Positions 1 to 10,286 of a stretch of DNA of 64,000 bases are shown piece by piece. The DNA lies in assembly GCA_963732385.1 (NCBI GenBank), contig CAVSZB010000007.1:64001-128000 (forward strand), given 5' to 3'. The position numbers and the translations under genes were made by a program. The notes below the pieces were generated by a model. It had not been told where the DNA came from. It did no database searches and worked only from the letters and a program-made list of their open reading frames with translations. Every line of letters begins with the position of its first letter. Position 1 is the stretch's first letter. This DNA is from an uncultured bacterium. GTDB taxonomy: Bacteria; Krumholzibacteriota; Krumholzibacteriia; LZORAL124-64-63.

Positions 1-1043
1 TGGATCGTCTCGTGGTGGAGCAGGTCGCCCTGGCGGTCGAGGCAGACCAGCTTGCAGCCGGTGCGGAAGCCGGGATCGAGCGCGAGCACCCGCTTGCGGC
101 CGAGCGGCGGCGACAGCAGCAGTTCGCGCAGGTTGGCGGCAAAGACCGCGATCGCCTCCGCGTCGGCGCGTACTTTCAACTCGAGGCGCAGCTCGGTCTC
201 GAGCGAAAGGCTGAGCAGGCGTCGGTAGCCGTCGGTGACGGCGGCGGCGACCTCGCGGGCGGCCGGCGAGGCGCCCTTCACGAACAGGCGCTCCAGGATC
301 CGCAATGCCTCCTCCTCCGGCGGCAGCACGTGCATGACCAGGCAGCCCTCCTGCTCGCCGCGCCGGATCGCCAGGATGCGGTGTGACGGCGCGCGCAGGG
401 CCGGTTCCTCCCAGGCGAACCAGTCGCGGAATTTCGCGCCGGCCTCCTCCTTGCCGCGCGCCAGGCGGGAGCTGAGCACTCCCCTGGCGCGGAAGAGGCG
501 GCGCAGGGCGGTGCGTGCGTCGGCGTTTTCGTTCACCTGTTCGGCGAGGATGTCGCGCGCTCCCTGCAGCGCTTCTTCAGCGGTCGTCACGCCGAGTTCC
601 GGATCGACGAAGGCTGTCGCTGAGCGCGCCGGATCGCAACGCGGGTCCTGGATCAGGAGCAGGTCCGCCAGCGGCGCGAGACCCCGCTCGCGCGCGATCG
701 TGGCGCGGGTGCGCCGCTTCGGACGATGGGGGAGGTAGATGTCCTCGAGGTTGGCGAGCGTCACGGCGCCGAGCACCGCGGCCTTGAGTTTGTCGTCGAG
801 CAGGCCGCGTTCGGTCAACGAGGCGAGGATCGCCTCGCGGCGCCGGTCGAGCTCGCCGAGCTGCTCCAGACGATCGCGCACCGCGGTGATCTGCACCTCG
901 TCGAGGCTGTCGGTCGCCTCCTTGCGGTAGCGCGCGATGAACGGGATGGTGCCGCCCGCCGCGAGCAGTTCGGCGGCGGCCCGGACCCGGACCGGAGCGA
1001 TCTGCAACTCCCCGGCGATGGTGGCAAGGTGTGATTCGTGCAT
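1..1043 (-). CDS. tex: Tex family RNA-binding transcriptional accessory protein (5' part; runs off window start)
   Basis: Manual translation from ATG at 1043: MHESHLATIAGELQIAPVRVRAAAELLAAGGTIPFIARYRKEATDSLDEVQI, containing the Tex N-terminal TIPFIARYRKE motif; later LEDIYLPHRPKRRTRA. GAGG SD upstream. Absent from the ORF track because it has no stop in the window. Confidence 0.95.
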   Translation of the reverse strand, partial: MHESHLATIAGELQIAPVRVRAAAELLAAGGTIPFIARYRKEATDSLDEVQITAVRDRLEQLGELDRRREAILASLTERGLLDDKLKAAVLGAVTLANLEDIYLPHRPKRRTRATIARERGLAPLADLLLIQDPRCDPARSATAFVDPELGVTTAEEALQGARDILAEQVNENADARTALRRLFRARGVLSSRLARGKEEAGAKFRDWFAWEEPALRAPSHRILAIRRGEQEGCLVMHVLPPEEEALRILERLFVKGASPAAREVAAAVTDGYRRLLSLSLETELRLELKVRADAEAIAVFAANLRELLLSPPLGRKRVLALDPGFRTGCKLVCLDRQGDLLHHETI

Positions 1044-1080
1044 GGGATTCCTCGGGGTGAAGCTTGGACAAGGCCGGGCG

Positions 1081-3441
1081 CTACGGCCGGGCGGCGTGGA
1101 ACTTGCGCTGCATCTTGAGCGGTTGGTTGTCGGGATCGAGGCCGATGGCCTGGTCGAGGGCCGTCAACCCCTCCTCGTTCAGTCCGGCGTCGAAGCAGAT
1201 GAAAGCCACCAGCGACCAGATGTAGGGATCGGCGATCCCGGACGGCTCCTCCCGCAGCTGGTGCACGATGTCGCGCGCGCGCCCGACGTCGCCCAGGGCC
1301 CGATCCGCTTCCAGCACCACGCACATCTCGCCCCGGTCGATGTCGGTCGTCCAGCGGTGCAGCAGCAGCTGGCGGCCTTTGGCCGGTTCGCCGGAACGCA
1401 CGTAGGCGAGGGCCAGATCACGGGCGTTGGATCGCGTAGGATCGTCCGCGCAGGCCTGTTCCAAGGCGCGGACGACGTCGCGCAGATCGCGCGGCGAGAC
1501 CATGGCCTCACCAGGTTCGCGCGATCCACCGGGCGAAACGAGTCTTTCAAACCCCTGGCCCGGGTACATCCGCGCGACCGGATCGGGAGATGCCTTGTCG
1601 TCGAACGCGCCGTTCACCGGCGTCAGCGGGGACCAGGCCGGGGGCTCGACGTCCGGCTCGGGATCCTCATCGGCGGCGGTGGCGGTGGCGCCGGCCCTGC
1701 GCGCGCGGTCCAGAATGGCCCCGATTCCCGCGCGGTCAGGTGCGAGGCGGACGGCGACCTCGAGGTCTGCGCAGGCCGCCGCCCAGCTATGCTCGTGGAA
1801 GTTGAGCAGCCCCCGATTGTACCAGCCGGCCACGTCGCCGGGCGCGATCCCGATGACGGTTCCGAAGGCCTCCCGCGCTGCCTCCGCCTGGCCGGCATGG
1901 CTCGCGGCCACGCCCAGGGCGTTCCAGCCGGCCGCGTCGCCGGGGTGCGCGGTGAGGTGGCGCGCGAGGCGAGGCAGCGCCCGCTCGTAGCCGCCGCGCG
2001 ACATTTCCAGGACGGAGGCCAGCGAACAGACGTCGGGCGCGTCCTGCCCCTGCGCGGTCAGCAGGTCGCAGGCGAGCGCGAGGTCGTCGGCCGCGCGCGC
2101 CGGATCACCCAGGTGATGGAAGGCGCGACCGCGCAGCGCCAGCGCCTCCGCAGGCCGGATGCCGCGACGGTGGCAGGTGGTGAGCTCCGCGATCGCGGTT
2201 TCGCCGAGCTGACGGCGCCGTTGGGGATCGGTCTCGCGGTCGCACGCCATGACCAGCTGCGCCGCGTGGGCCAGCCGGCTGCCGGCCACGTGCAGCTCGC
2301 CGTACGCCACGGCGAAGGGATAATTCAGATCGCCGAGGCCGAAAACCCGCGCCGGACCGACCAGTGTCTCGACCGGAAAGTAGGTCATCAGGGGGCGCAG
2401 CAGCGTGGCCAGGCCGTAGTACTCGCGGGCGAGATCCGGCTGGCGGTTCAGCTCGCACAGCAGACCGACATCGCCGAAGAACCGGTGCGCGTGGGGATAG
2501 CTGAAATATCCGTAGACCCGGCCCATGACGAAGGAGGCCAGGCGCAGCTCGCCCCGCGCCCGGTAGGCGGTACTCTTGATCCAGCGCTCGGCGAAGTCCG
2601 AGTCGAGCCAGCCCCATCCCGGGACATGCACCCGGATGGCGCGCAACTCCGCGGCGAGGCGGCAGGCCTCGGAGAACTGTCCGGACTCGGCCAGCAGCAG
2701 CCCCTCGACCAGCATCGACTCGACCTTGTCGGACGTGGCGATCTCGCCAGCCGCAGCGATCCGCTCGATCCCCTCGGCGTACAGACCGCGCTCCCGGCAG
2801 AGCCAGGCCTGGTCGAGCAGCACGCGCCGTCGCAACCCGGCGTACCGACGTGCCGGCAGCGGCGCCATGGCCGCGAGCGCGGCGTTCAGGGAGCGTTCGT
2901 GGGCGACGAGATCACCAACGGTCCCCTGGGCGAAGGCCAGGTCGTACCAGATCATGGGGTCGGACGGATCGAGTCCCGTCGCGTTGACGAGTGCGTCGAT
3001 GAAACGAGTCAGGCCCTCCGCCACGCCAGACGGATTGACGAGGGCGGAGCCTTTGCGGCAATGCTCCGCGGTCTGGCGCAACACCACCTCGAACCGTTGC
3101 GCCTTTTCGCGGTACGGTTCGGCCAGATCCCGGCGCTGCCGCCGCGCCTCGGCCGGCAGGGCCAGGAAGGCGGCGAGGTCGATCGGCGGCGCCGCGGCCG
3201 CGTAGCGGGCCTGTTCGCGGTACGGGCGGGTCTTGTCCTTCAGAAACCCCATCCGCGCGCGGTACTGGGACAGCGCCGCGCCGGCGAGGTCCCGGGACAG
3301 GCCCACCCAATCCTTCACGGCGAGCGGTTCGTCGTCCGCGGCGGCCGCGGCGACCGGTGGCGGGAAGGCGTGGAGCGGTGCAGGACAGGCGAGCCGTGTC
3401 GCGACCACCAGCAGGATCGACAGCGTGAACCTGCGACGCAT
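1081..3441 (-). CDS. Exported tetratricopeptide-repeat protein (786 aa)
   Basis: N-terminal signal-peptide-like segment; many TPR-like helices (AAGWNALGVAASHAGQAEAAREAF, GWYNRGLLNF, ALDQAIGLDPDN); GGAG SD upstream. Confidence 0.8.
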   Translation of the reverse strand: MRRRFTLSILLVVATRLACPAPLHAFPPPVAAAAADDEPLAVKDWVGLSRDLAGAALSQYRARMGFLKDKTRPYREQARYAAAAPPIDLAAFLALPAEARRQRRDLAEPYREKAQRFEVVLRQTAEHCRKGSALVNPSGVAEGLTRFIDALVNATGLDPSDPMIWYDLAFAQGTVGDLVAHERSLNAALAAMAPLPARRYAGLRRRVLLDQAWLCRERGLYAEGIERIAAAGEIATSDKVESMLVEGLLLAESGQFSEACRLAAELRAIRVHVPGWGWLDSDFAERWIKSTAYRARGELRLASFVMGRVYGYFSYPHAHRFFGDVGLLCELNRQPDLAREYYGLATLLRPLMTYFPVETLVGPARVFGLGDLNYPFAVAYGELHVAGSRLAHAAQLVMACDRETDPQRRRQLGETAIAELTTCHRRGIRPAEALALRGRAFHHLGDPARAADDLALACDLLTAQGQDAPDVCSLASVLEMSRGGYERALPRLARHLTAHPGDAAGWNALGVAASHAGQAEAAREAFGTVIGIAPGDVAGWYNRGLLNFHEHSWAAACADLEVAVRLAPDRAGIGAILDRARRAGATATAADEDPEPDVEPPAWSPLTPVNGAFDDKASPDPVARMYPGQGFERLVSPGGSREPGEAMVSPRDLRDVVRALEQACADDPTRSNARDLALAYVRSGEPAKGRQLLLHRWTTDIDRGEMCVVLEADRALGDVGRARDIVHQLREEPSGIADPYIWSLVAFICFDAGLNEEGLTALDQAIGLDPDNQPLKMQRKFHAARP

Positions 3442-3485
3442 GTGTTCTCCCCGGCCGGTGCAAAGATCGCCAGAGCCTCCTCCCG

Positions 3486-3514
3486 ATAGTACAAGCCGGC
3501 GAATTCCTGAGCAA
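3486..3514 (-). promoter_or_regulatory. Putative sigma70 promoter for the TPR gene and tex
   Basis: Minus strand TTGCTC-17 nt-TACTAT, about 45 nt upstream of the ATG at 3441. Confidence 0.5.
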
Positions 3515-3633
3515 GCGTCCGGGATGCGCAGAGACCAGGACAGATCCGTGACAGGTCCGGGGTTTTCACTACGGGAGCGCTGTGCGATGCTGATCGCCCG
3601 CGGTCGTCACCGCCACCCCGGAGCGAAGTTGCC

Positions 3634-4212
3634 GTGAGACTCTTCATCGCCGTCGATCCCGGTGAACGGTTCCGCGCCGAACTGTCCACGCGGCTTGACG
3701 TCTGGCGGGCGCGGCTGCCGGTCGCCTGGGTGCGCGCGGAGAACCTGCACGTGACGCTCCGGTTCCTGGGGGAGTTGCCGGCGGCGGCGTTGCCGGCGCT
3801 GGAGATGGCGCTGCGCGGGGCCGTGGCTGGCCACGCGCCGCTCGTCCTGCGGCCCGGCGGCGTGGGGGCCTTCCCGCACGTGCGTGCGCCGCGGGTTCTC
3901 TTCTTGCAGATGGCCTCGCCCGGGGGGGCGCTGGAGCGACTCGCGGAATCGGTGCGGGCGGCCGTGGACCCGCTGCTGCCGCCTGGTGAAGGCGACGACC
4001 GTCCGCTGCGCGCCCACCTCACCCTGGCCCGCGTGAAGCAGCCGCTGACGTCGGCGCAGGCGCGTGAACTCGCGGCGATCGATCCTGGCGCGTGGGACCC
4101 GCTCACGGTCGGCGAGGTCTGCCTCATGCGCAGCGTGCCGGGTCGCGCCGGCCCGGTGTACACCTGCCTGCTCGCCGCCGCCCTCTCCGGCGGCGGGCCA
4201 GTCGTCGGGTAG
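3634..4212 (+). CDS. thpR: RNA 2',3'-cyclic phosphodiesterase (2H phosphoesterase)
   Basis: MRLFIAV start, two HxT motifs ([18 protein letters not shown]); usual position upstream of recA. Confidence 0.92.
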   Translation: MRLFIAVDPGERFRAELSTRLDVWRARLPVAWVRAENLHVTLRFLGELPAAALPALEMALRGAVAGHAPLVLRPGGVGAFPHVRAPRVLFLQMASPGGALERLAESVRAAVDPLLPPGEGDDRPLRAHLTLARVKQPLTSAQARELAAIDPGAWDPLTVGEVCLMRSVPGRAGPVYTCLLAAALSGGGPVVG

Positions 4213-4241
4213 TTGCGCGGCGTCGCGGCGCGTGCTACCGT
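4213..4241 (+). promoter_or_regulatory. Putative recA promoter
   Basis: TTGCGC-17 nt-TACCGT with extended -10 TG at 4233-4234. Confidence 0.4.
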
Positions 4242-4346
4242 GCTCCCGCCTTCGGGTTGGCGCACGGTCGGCGGCCACCCGTCGCGCGACCGGCACCGTT
4301 TCCCGCAGCCTCCCGGAGCAACCCGCCTTCCGAAGGAGACCACGTC

Positions 4347-5456
4347 ATGGCGATCGAACGGCAGGAAGACAAGGCGAAGGCTCTCGAACTGACCCGGACC
4401 CAGATCGAAAAGCAGTTCGGCAAGGGAGCGATCATGCTGCTCGGGGACACCCATATCCTCGAAGATGTCGACGCGATCTCGACCGGCAGTCTCGCGCTCG
4501 ACATCGCGCTTGGCGTGGGGGGGTTGCCCACCGGCCGGGTCACCGAGGTCTACGGCCCCGAGGGGAGCGGCAAGACCACCATCGCGCTCTCGGTGATCGC
4601 CAACTCGCAGCGGCGGGGCGGCACGGCGGCGTTCATCGACGCGGAGCACGCGCTCGACCCCGCCTACGCGCGCAAGCTCGGCGTGGACATCGACAACCTG
4701 CTCGTCTCGCAGCCCGACACCGGCGAACAGGCGCTCGAGATCACCGAAATGCTGGTGCGCTCGGGGGCCATCGACTGCATCGTGATCGACTCGGTGGCGG
4801 CGCTGGTGCCGCGCGCGGAGATCGAGGGGGAGATGGGGGACCAGCATGTCGGCCTGCAGGCGCGGCTCATGTCGCAGGCGCTGCGCAAGCTGACCGGCGC
4901 CATCGCCAAGACCCATACGCTGGTGCTTTTCACCAACCAGATCCGGATGAAGATCGGGGTCATGTTCGGCAACCCGGAAACTACCAGTGGCGGCAATGCG
5001 CTGAAGTTCTACAGCTCGGTGCGCCTCGACGTGCGGCGCATCGGCGCCATCACGCAGGGCGAGGAGGTCACCGGCAGCGCGGTGCGCGTGAAGGTGGTCA
5101 AGAACAAGGTGGCGCCGCCGTTCAAGAAGGCGGAGTTCGACATCCTTTATGGAGAGGGGATCTCCAAGGAGGGTGACCTGCTCGAACTGGGGGTCCAGGC
5201 GGGCGCGGTGCAGAAGACCGGCGCCTGGTACAGTTTCGGCGACGAGCGCCTCGGGCAGGGCAAGGAGAATGCCCGCGTTTTCCTGAAGGAGAACCCCGAC
5301 GTTTACGCGCGGATCAAGCCGCTCGTCTTCACGCACTTCGGCGTCCGGGGCGCCGCGGTCGCGCCGCCAACGGTGGCGGCGAAACCGGAAGCCAGCAGAG
5401 ACGAAGCCACTCCCCGCGCGGGCGGCCGCGCCCGCGGCCGCGCCGCGGCCGAATGA
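4347..5456 (+). CDS. recA: Recombinase RecA
   Basis: [11 protein letters not shown], Walker [35 protein letters not shown]; start chosen at the ATG after the AAGGAG SD. Confidence 0.99.
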   Translation: MAIERQEDKAKALELTRTQIEKQFGKGAIMLLGDTHILEDVDAISTGSLALDIALGVGGLPTGRVTEVYGPEGSGKTTIALSVIANSQRRGGTAAFIDAEHALDPAYARKLGVDIDNLLVSQPDTGEQALEITEMLVRSGAIDCIVIDSVAALVPRAEIEGEMGDQHVGLQARLMSQALRKLTGAIAKTHTLVLFTNQIRMKIGVMFGNPETTSGGNALKFYSSVRLDVRRIGAITQGEEVTGSAVRVKVVKNKVAPPFKKAEFDILYGEGISKEGDLLELGVQAGAVQKTGAWYSFGDERLGQGKENARVFLKENPDVYARIKPLVFTHFGVRGAAVAPPTVAAKPEASRDEATPRAGGRARGRAAAE

Positions 5457-5459
5457 GCC

Positions 5460-6149
5460 ATGAGCGCGGCCGGCGAGCCGATCCTGGTCGAATGCCGGCG
5501 GCAGGAGAGCGTGGTGACGCTCATCCTCGACGATGGCGAGACCCTGGAACTTGCGCCTGACGCGCTGCCTTCCGACCTGCCTGCGGCGGGGACCCCGGTC
5601 CCCGCCGCGCTGCTTGAGAAGCTGCGTGAAGCCGCGACCCGCAAGCGGTTGGCCCGCCGTATTTTCGCCCTGCTCGACCGCCGTCCCTGGACCGTGGCGC
5701 GGCTGCGGCGTAAATTGGCCGGGGAGGGCTTCGTTCCGGTGGTCATCGACGTGGTCCTGGCCCGCTTCATCGCCGAGGAGCTCGTCAGCGACCGTCGTTT
5801 TGCCGAGGCGTTCTGCCGCGACGCCCTGCGGGCCAAACCGGTCGGAACGCGCTGGCTGCGCGCCCGCCTCGCCGCGCAGGGGGTGCCGGCCGACACGGCC
5901 GCGGTCGTGGCGGGTGAAGCCCTGCCTCCCGAGGCGGAGCGCGAACTGGCGCGGACGGCGGCGGGGGCCCGCTGGCGCCGGGGCGATGTGGGGCGGGGCC
6001 TGGCGGCCACGGCGCGCGTGGCGCGGTTCCTGGCCGCGCGCGGCTTCCCGCCGGCGGTCGCGGGACGGGCCGCGCGGGAGACGGCGCCGGCCGCCGGCGA
6101 CCGGCGGTACGGCGTGGAAGACGCGCCGGGAGAGGACGACGGCGCGTGA
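5460..6149 (+). CDS. recX: Regulatory protein RecX
   Basis: Directly after recA; LLDRRPWTVARLRRKL, SDRRFAEAF, RFLAARGF match the RecX repeats. Confidence 0.85.
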   Translation: MSAAGEPILVECRRQESVVTLILDDGETLELAPDALPSDLPAAGTPVPAALLEKLREAATRKRLARRIFALLDRRPWTVARLRRKLAGEGFVPVVIDVVLARFIAEELVSDRRFAEAFCRDALRAKPVGTRWLRARLAAQGVPADTAAVVAGEALPPEAERELARTAAGARWRRGDVGRGLAATARVARFLAARGFPPAVAGRAARETAPAAGDRRYGVEDAPGEDDGA

Positions 6150-7012
6150 GGATCCTGGTGACCGGAGCGGCCGGCATGCTGGGGCGGGCGGTGGTCCTGG
6201 CCGCCGGCGCCCGGCATGCTGTCGTCGGGGTGGATCTGGCCGACGGCGATCTCACCGATCCGGCGGTCGCCCCGGAGCTGCTGGCGCGTCACCAACCCGA
6301 CTGGGTCACGCACTGCGCCGCCTTCACCGACGTCGACGGCGCGGAGACCGCGCGCGCGCGTGCGCTTGCAGTCAACGGCGACGCGACCGCCCATCTGGCG
6401 CGTGCCTGCGCCGCGGCCGCCGTCGGGCTGCAGTACGTCAGCACCGACTATGTCTTCGACGGCCGCGACCCGCGTGGCTATGACGAGGAGGCATCGCGGG
6501 CGCCGATCAGCTACTACGGTCTGACGAAGGCGCAGGGCGAGGCGGCGGTGGAGGCGCTGCCGGGGCGGTCGCAAATCGTGCGCACGAGCTGGCTGTTCGG
6601 CCCCGGCCCGAAGAATTTCGTGCTCGCGATCCGGGAGCGGCTGGCGGCGTCGGCCGTCCTGCAGGTCGTGAAGGACCAGGTCGGCTGCCCCACCTACGCC
6701 CCCGATCTGGCGACGGTCCTGCTGTTCCTGCTGGAGAACGGGACGCCGGGGCTATACCATGCCACGAATCGCGGCGCCTGCACCTGGTTCGCTTTCGCGC
6801 GGGAGATCGCCCGGCAGCTCGGGTACGACCCGCGGCTGATCGCGCCATGTGCCGCCGCGGATTGGCAGACGCCGGCGCGGCGGCCGGCCTGCTCGATCCT
6901 GCGCAGCGGGCGGCTCGAGGCGCTCGGCTGCCCGGACCGGCCCTCCTGGCCGGACGCGTTGAAACGCTACCTGGCGCTGTTGGCGAGCGATGAGGGAGGT
7001 GCGAAGCCATGA
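6146..7012 (+). CDS. rfbD: dTDP-4-dehydrorhamnose reductase
   Basis: GAAGMLG Rossmann motif, HCAAFTDVDGAE, STDYVFDG, YGLTK, DQVGCPT. Confidence 0.95.
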   Translation: MRILVTGAAGMLGRAVVLAAGARHAVVGVDLADGDLTDPAVAPELLARHQPDWVTHCAAFTDVDGAETARARALAVNGDATAHLARACAAAAVGLQYVSTDYVFDGRDPRGYDEEASRAPISYYGLTKAQGEAAVEALPGRSQIVRTSWLFGPGPKNFVLAIRERLAASAVLQVVKDQVGCPTYAPDLATVLLFLLENGTPGLYHATNRGACTWFAFAREIARQLGYDPRLIAPCAAADWQTPARRPACSILRSGRLEALGCPDRPSWPDALKRYLALLASDEGGAKP

Positions 7013-7626
7013 ACCCGGCGAACCGCGCCGCGCCCGATGCGGACGACGCCCGCCGTTTCACCGCGTCCGTGGGCGAGTTGCGCGCGGCGCTCGACCGCCT
7101 CGGCCCGGAGCATCTGCGCGCCGTGCGGCGGCTGGCCGACGCGGTGCTCGCCGCCTGGCGCGGCGGTGGCAAGCTGCTGCTGTGCGGCAACGGCGGCAGC
7201 GCGGCCGACGCGCAGCACCTCGCGGCGGAACTGGTGGGACGCTATCTGCGCGAGCGGCCCGGCTGGGCGGCGATCGCGCTGACAGTGAACACCTCGGCGC
7301 TGACGGCGATCGCCAACGATTACGGCTTCGAGGCGGTGTTCGCCCGCCAGGTGGAGGCGCTCGGCCGTCCAGGCGACGTGCTGCTGGTCATCAGCACCTC
7401 CGGCAACTCGGCGAACTGCGTGGCGGCCGTGGTCGCCGCCCGCGCCGGGGGGCTGGCGGTGCACGGCTTCCTCGGCGGTGACGGCGGGCGCCTGCTGAGC
7501 CTGGTCGATGCGGCCTTCGTGGCCCCCTCATTCGTCACGCCGCGCGTGCAGGAGTTGCACATCCACATGGGGCACCTGCTCTGCCATCTGCTCGAGGAGG
7601 CGCTGGCGCCGGGAGGGCCGGCATGA
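7009..7626 (+). CDS. gmhA: D-sedoheptulose-7-phosphate isomerase (SIS domain)
   Basis: CGNGGSAADAQHLAAELVGR, TAIANDYG, ISTSGNSAN, VQELHI. Confidence 0.93.
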   Translation: MNPANRAAPDADDARRFTASVGELRAALDRLGPEHLRAVRRLADAVLAAWRGGGKLLLCGNGGSAADAQHLAAELVGRYLRERPGWAAIALTVNTSALTAIANDYGFEAVFARQVEALGRPGDVLLVISTSGNSANCVAAVVAARAGGLAVHGFLGGDGGRLLSLVDAAFVAPSFVTPRVQELHIHMGHLLCHLLEEALAPGGPA

Positions 7627-8807
7627 CCGGGGAGCCGTTGTTGCCCGGCGCGCGGGTCGCGCTGGTGCACGACTGGCTGACCGGCATGCGCGGTGGCGAG
7701 AAGGTGCTCGAGATCTTCGCCGAGCTTTTTCCCGAGGCCGACCTGTTCACGCTGCTGCACGTGCGCGGCAGTGTCAGTCCGGCCATCTCCGGGCGCCGGA
7801 TCCGAACCTCGTTCGTGCAGTTGCTGCCGGGAGTCGAACGCCATTATCGCTGGGCGTTGCCGCTGTTCCCGACCGCGATCGAGGCGTTCGATCTGGCCGA
7901 ATACGACCTCGTCCTCTCGAGCAGCCACTGCGTGGCGAAGTCGGCGCGTCCGGCGCCGGGCGCCCTTTCGATCTGCTACTGCCATACGCCGATGCGCTAC
8001 ATCTGGTCCTCCTTCGAAGAGTACTTCGGCCACCGGCCCGGTCCGCTGCGCTGGCTGATCGCGCGCGAAGCGGAGCACCTGCGTCGCTGGGACCGCCGCA
8101 CCGCGTCGCGTGTCCGCCTCTGGCTCGCCAACTCCACGACGGTCCGGCGGCGTATCCTCGACTGCTACGATGTGCCGTCGCGTGCGGTCGATGTCATCCA
8201 CCCGCCGGTGGACACCGGGCTGTTCCGGCCCGATCCCGCGGGGGCGCCGCCGTCCGGTCTCGTCTCGCGCGGCTACGATCTGGCGGTGTCGGCCTTCGTG
8301 CCGTACAAGCGGCTCGACCTGGCCGTGGTCGCCGCGCGGGGCGCCGGGCGTCGGCTCGTTTTGGTCGGCCGGGGTCCGGACGAGGCGCGCCTGCGTCGCC
8401 TGGCGGCGGAAACGCCGGGGCGCGGGGAGATCGTGTTCGCCGGCGCCGTGCCGACCAGCGCTCTGCCGGCGCTCTACGCGCACTGCCGGGCGTTCGTCTT
8501 CCCCGGCCTGGAGGATTTCGGGATCGCCCCGCTCGAGGCGACCGCCTGCGGTCGGCCCGTAGTGGCCTATCGCGACGGTGGAGCGCTCGACACGGTGCTC
8601 GAGGGGCTCAACGGCGTCTTCTTCACCGAACAGACGGTCGAGGCGCTTACCATCGCCCTGTCCGATCCCCGTCTCGACGCCGGTTGGGATGCCGCCGCGA
8701 TGGCGCAGCATGCGTCGCGTTTCGGCCGGGACCGCTTCCGTCGGCAGGTCGCCGCGCGGCTGGCCGAGGCGTGGACGCGGCACCGGCAGGGAGAGACGCA
8801 TGTCTGA
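7623..8807 (+). CDS. Glycosyltransferase family 4
   Basis: VALVHDWLTGMRGGEKVL, YCHTPMRYIW, EDFGIAPLEA (ExF...E GT-B motif). Confidence 0.92.
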   Translation: MTGEPLLPGARVALVHDWLTGMRGGEKVLEIFAELFPEADLFTLLHVRGSVSPAISGRRIRTSFVQLLPGVERHYRWALPLFPTAIEAFDLAEYDLVLSSSHCVAKSARPAPGALSICYCHTPMRYIWSSFEEYFGHRPGPLRWLIAREAEHLRRWDRRTASRVRLWLANSTTVRRRILDCYDVPSRAVDVIHPPVDTGLFRPDPAGAPPSGLVSRGYDLAVSAFVPYKRLDLAVVAARGAGRRLVLVGRGPDEARLRRLAAETPGRGEIVFAGAVPTSALPALYAHCRAFVFPGLEDFGIAPLEATACGRPVVAYRDGGALDTVLEGLNGVFFTEQTVEALTIALSDPRLDAGWDAAAMAQHASRFGRDRFRRQVAARLAEAWTRHRQGETHV

Positions 8808-10248
8808 GCCGGCCCGTCGTCCCGGCGGACTGAAGCAGCCGGCCCTGCTGATCGCTGCCGACCTTTTCGCGCTCGAGGCGGCGTTCCTCGTCACCTACTG
8901 GTTCCGCTTTCACGCGGGGATCTGGCCGGCGCCCCTGGGCGTGCCGCCTTTGCCGCTCTATCTGCTGACCAGCGCCGTGATCCTGCTGGTCTTCTTCGGT
9001 CTCTTCTACGCGCGGGGGCTGTACGGTCGCCTGGCGCTTGCGTTCGAGGAGGAGCTGACCTCGCTGCTGCACGGCGTCGTGCAGGGCGGTCTGCTGGTGC
9101 TGGCGCTGACGTTCTTCTTCCGGCGCGCCACCTACAGCCGCTCGTTCTTCGGGCTGTTCTTCCTCTCGTGCCTGGCTTTCCTGGCGACGGGACGGCTGGT
9201 CGCCCGGCGCGTCTTACGGCGCTGGCGGCGGCGGGGCGTGGGGGTGCGGCGCGTCCTGCTGGTGGGCGACAGCCCGATGCGGGAACGGGTCGTGCGGGCC
9301 GCGCGCGCGCGGCCGGAATTGGGCCTGGCGCCGGTCGGCTGGCTCGCCGTGGACGAAGACGTACCGGCGGCCGCCGATCCCGCGCCGCCGGGCAGCGGCG
9401 CGGCGCCGACAGTCGGCGTCCTGCCGCGTCTGGGCGGTTTCGGCGATCTGCGGCGCGTCGTGGCCGAACTTGGCATCGATCTGGTCGTGCTGACGCTGCC
9501 GTTCCCGCAGCTCGGCCTGGTGGCGAGTGCCACGGAGGAATTGGCCAGCCTGCCGGTCGACGTGCAACTGGTGCCCGACCTGCTCGCGCTGCGCACCAGC
9601 CGCATGCGTCTGACCGAGGCGGGTGACATTCCGTTTTTCGGCGTACGCGAAACGGCGCTCAGCGGCGCGGACCGCATCGTCAAGCGCATCTTCGACCTGG
9701 TCTGCACGATCTTAGGCCTGCTCCTGCTGCTGCCATGCCTGCTGCTGCTGATGGCGCTGGTGCGGTTCACGTCGCCCGGCCCGGTCTTCTACCGGCAGGC
9801 GCGTGTGGGGCGCGACGGACGCGAATTCGCCATGCTGAAGTTCCGCACCATGCGCGTCGACGCTGAGTCGCGCAGCGGCCCGGTCTGGACCGTCGCCGCC
9901 GACCCGCGGGTGACGCCGGCGGGACGCTGGTTGCGTCGGCTGAGCCTCGACGAACTGCCGCAGTTGTGGAACGTGCTGCGCGGGGACATGAGCCTCGTCG
10001 GTCCCCGGCCGGAGCGGCAGGTGTTCGTGGAGCAGTTCAGCCGCGAGTTGCCGCGTTACTTCGAGCGCCACCAGGTGCGGTCCGGTCTGACCGGCTGGGC
10101 GCAGGTCAACGGGTTGCGGGGCAACACCAGCATCGGGGAACGCACGCTCTACGACCTCTACTATGTGGAGAACTGGTCGCTCGGATTCGATATCAGGATC
10201 CTGCTGATGACGATTCACCATGTCCTGCGGGGCGAGAACGCGTACTGA
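8800..10248 (+). CDS. Undecaprenyl-phosphate glycosyl-1-phosphate transferase (WcaJ/CpsE-like priming transferase)
   Basis: 4 N-terminal TM helices, Rossmann-like middle domain, Bac_transf motifs KFRTM, SLDELPQLWNVLRGDMSLVGPRPE, GLTGWAQVNG, DLYYVENWS; ATG overlaps the upstream stop region. Confidence 0.93.
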   Translation: MSEPARRPGGLKQPALLIAADLFALEAAFLVTYWFRFHAGIWPAPLGVPPLPLYLLTSAVILLVFFGLFYARGLYGRLALAFEEELTSLLHGVVQGGLLVLALTFFFRRATYSRSFFGLFFLSCLAFLATGRLVARRVLRRWRRRGVGVRRVLLVGDSPMRERVVRAARARPELGLAPVGWLAVDEDVPAAADPAPPGSGAAPTVGVLPRLGGFGDLRRVVAELGIDLVVLTLPFPQLGLVASATEELASLPVDVQLVPDLLALRTSRMRLTEAGDIPFFGVRETALSGADRIVKRIFDLVCTILGLLLLLPCLLLLMALVRFTSPGPVFYRQARVGRDGREFAMLKFRTMRVDAESRSGPVWTVAADPRVTPAGRWLRRLSLDELPQLWNVLRGDMSLVGPRPERQVFVEQFSRELPRYFERHQVRSGLTGWAQVNGLRGNTSIGERTLYDLYYVENWSLGFDIRILLMTIHHVLRGENAY

Positions 10249-10286
10249 GGCGGCGCGGCGACGGCCGGGCGGAGGGACAACCGACC

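Noticed and set aside
937..3489. 850-aa plus-strand ORF, and the other long antisense ORFs (e.g. 3315-5336, 29325-31859, 35530-37950, 41722-44787, 47451-50318, 53435-56107)
   Set aside because: Shadow frames opposite well-supported genes. High GC suppresses stop codons, and the translations are Arg/Ala/Gly-rich with no motifs.
3442..4346. LexA/SOS box upstream of thpR-recA
   Set aside because: No CTGT-N8-ACAG or GAAC-N4-GTTC box found in the intergenic segments.
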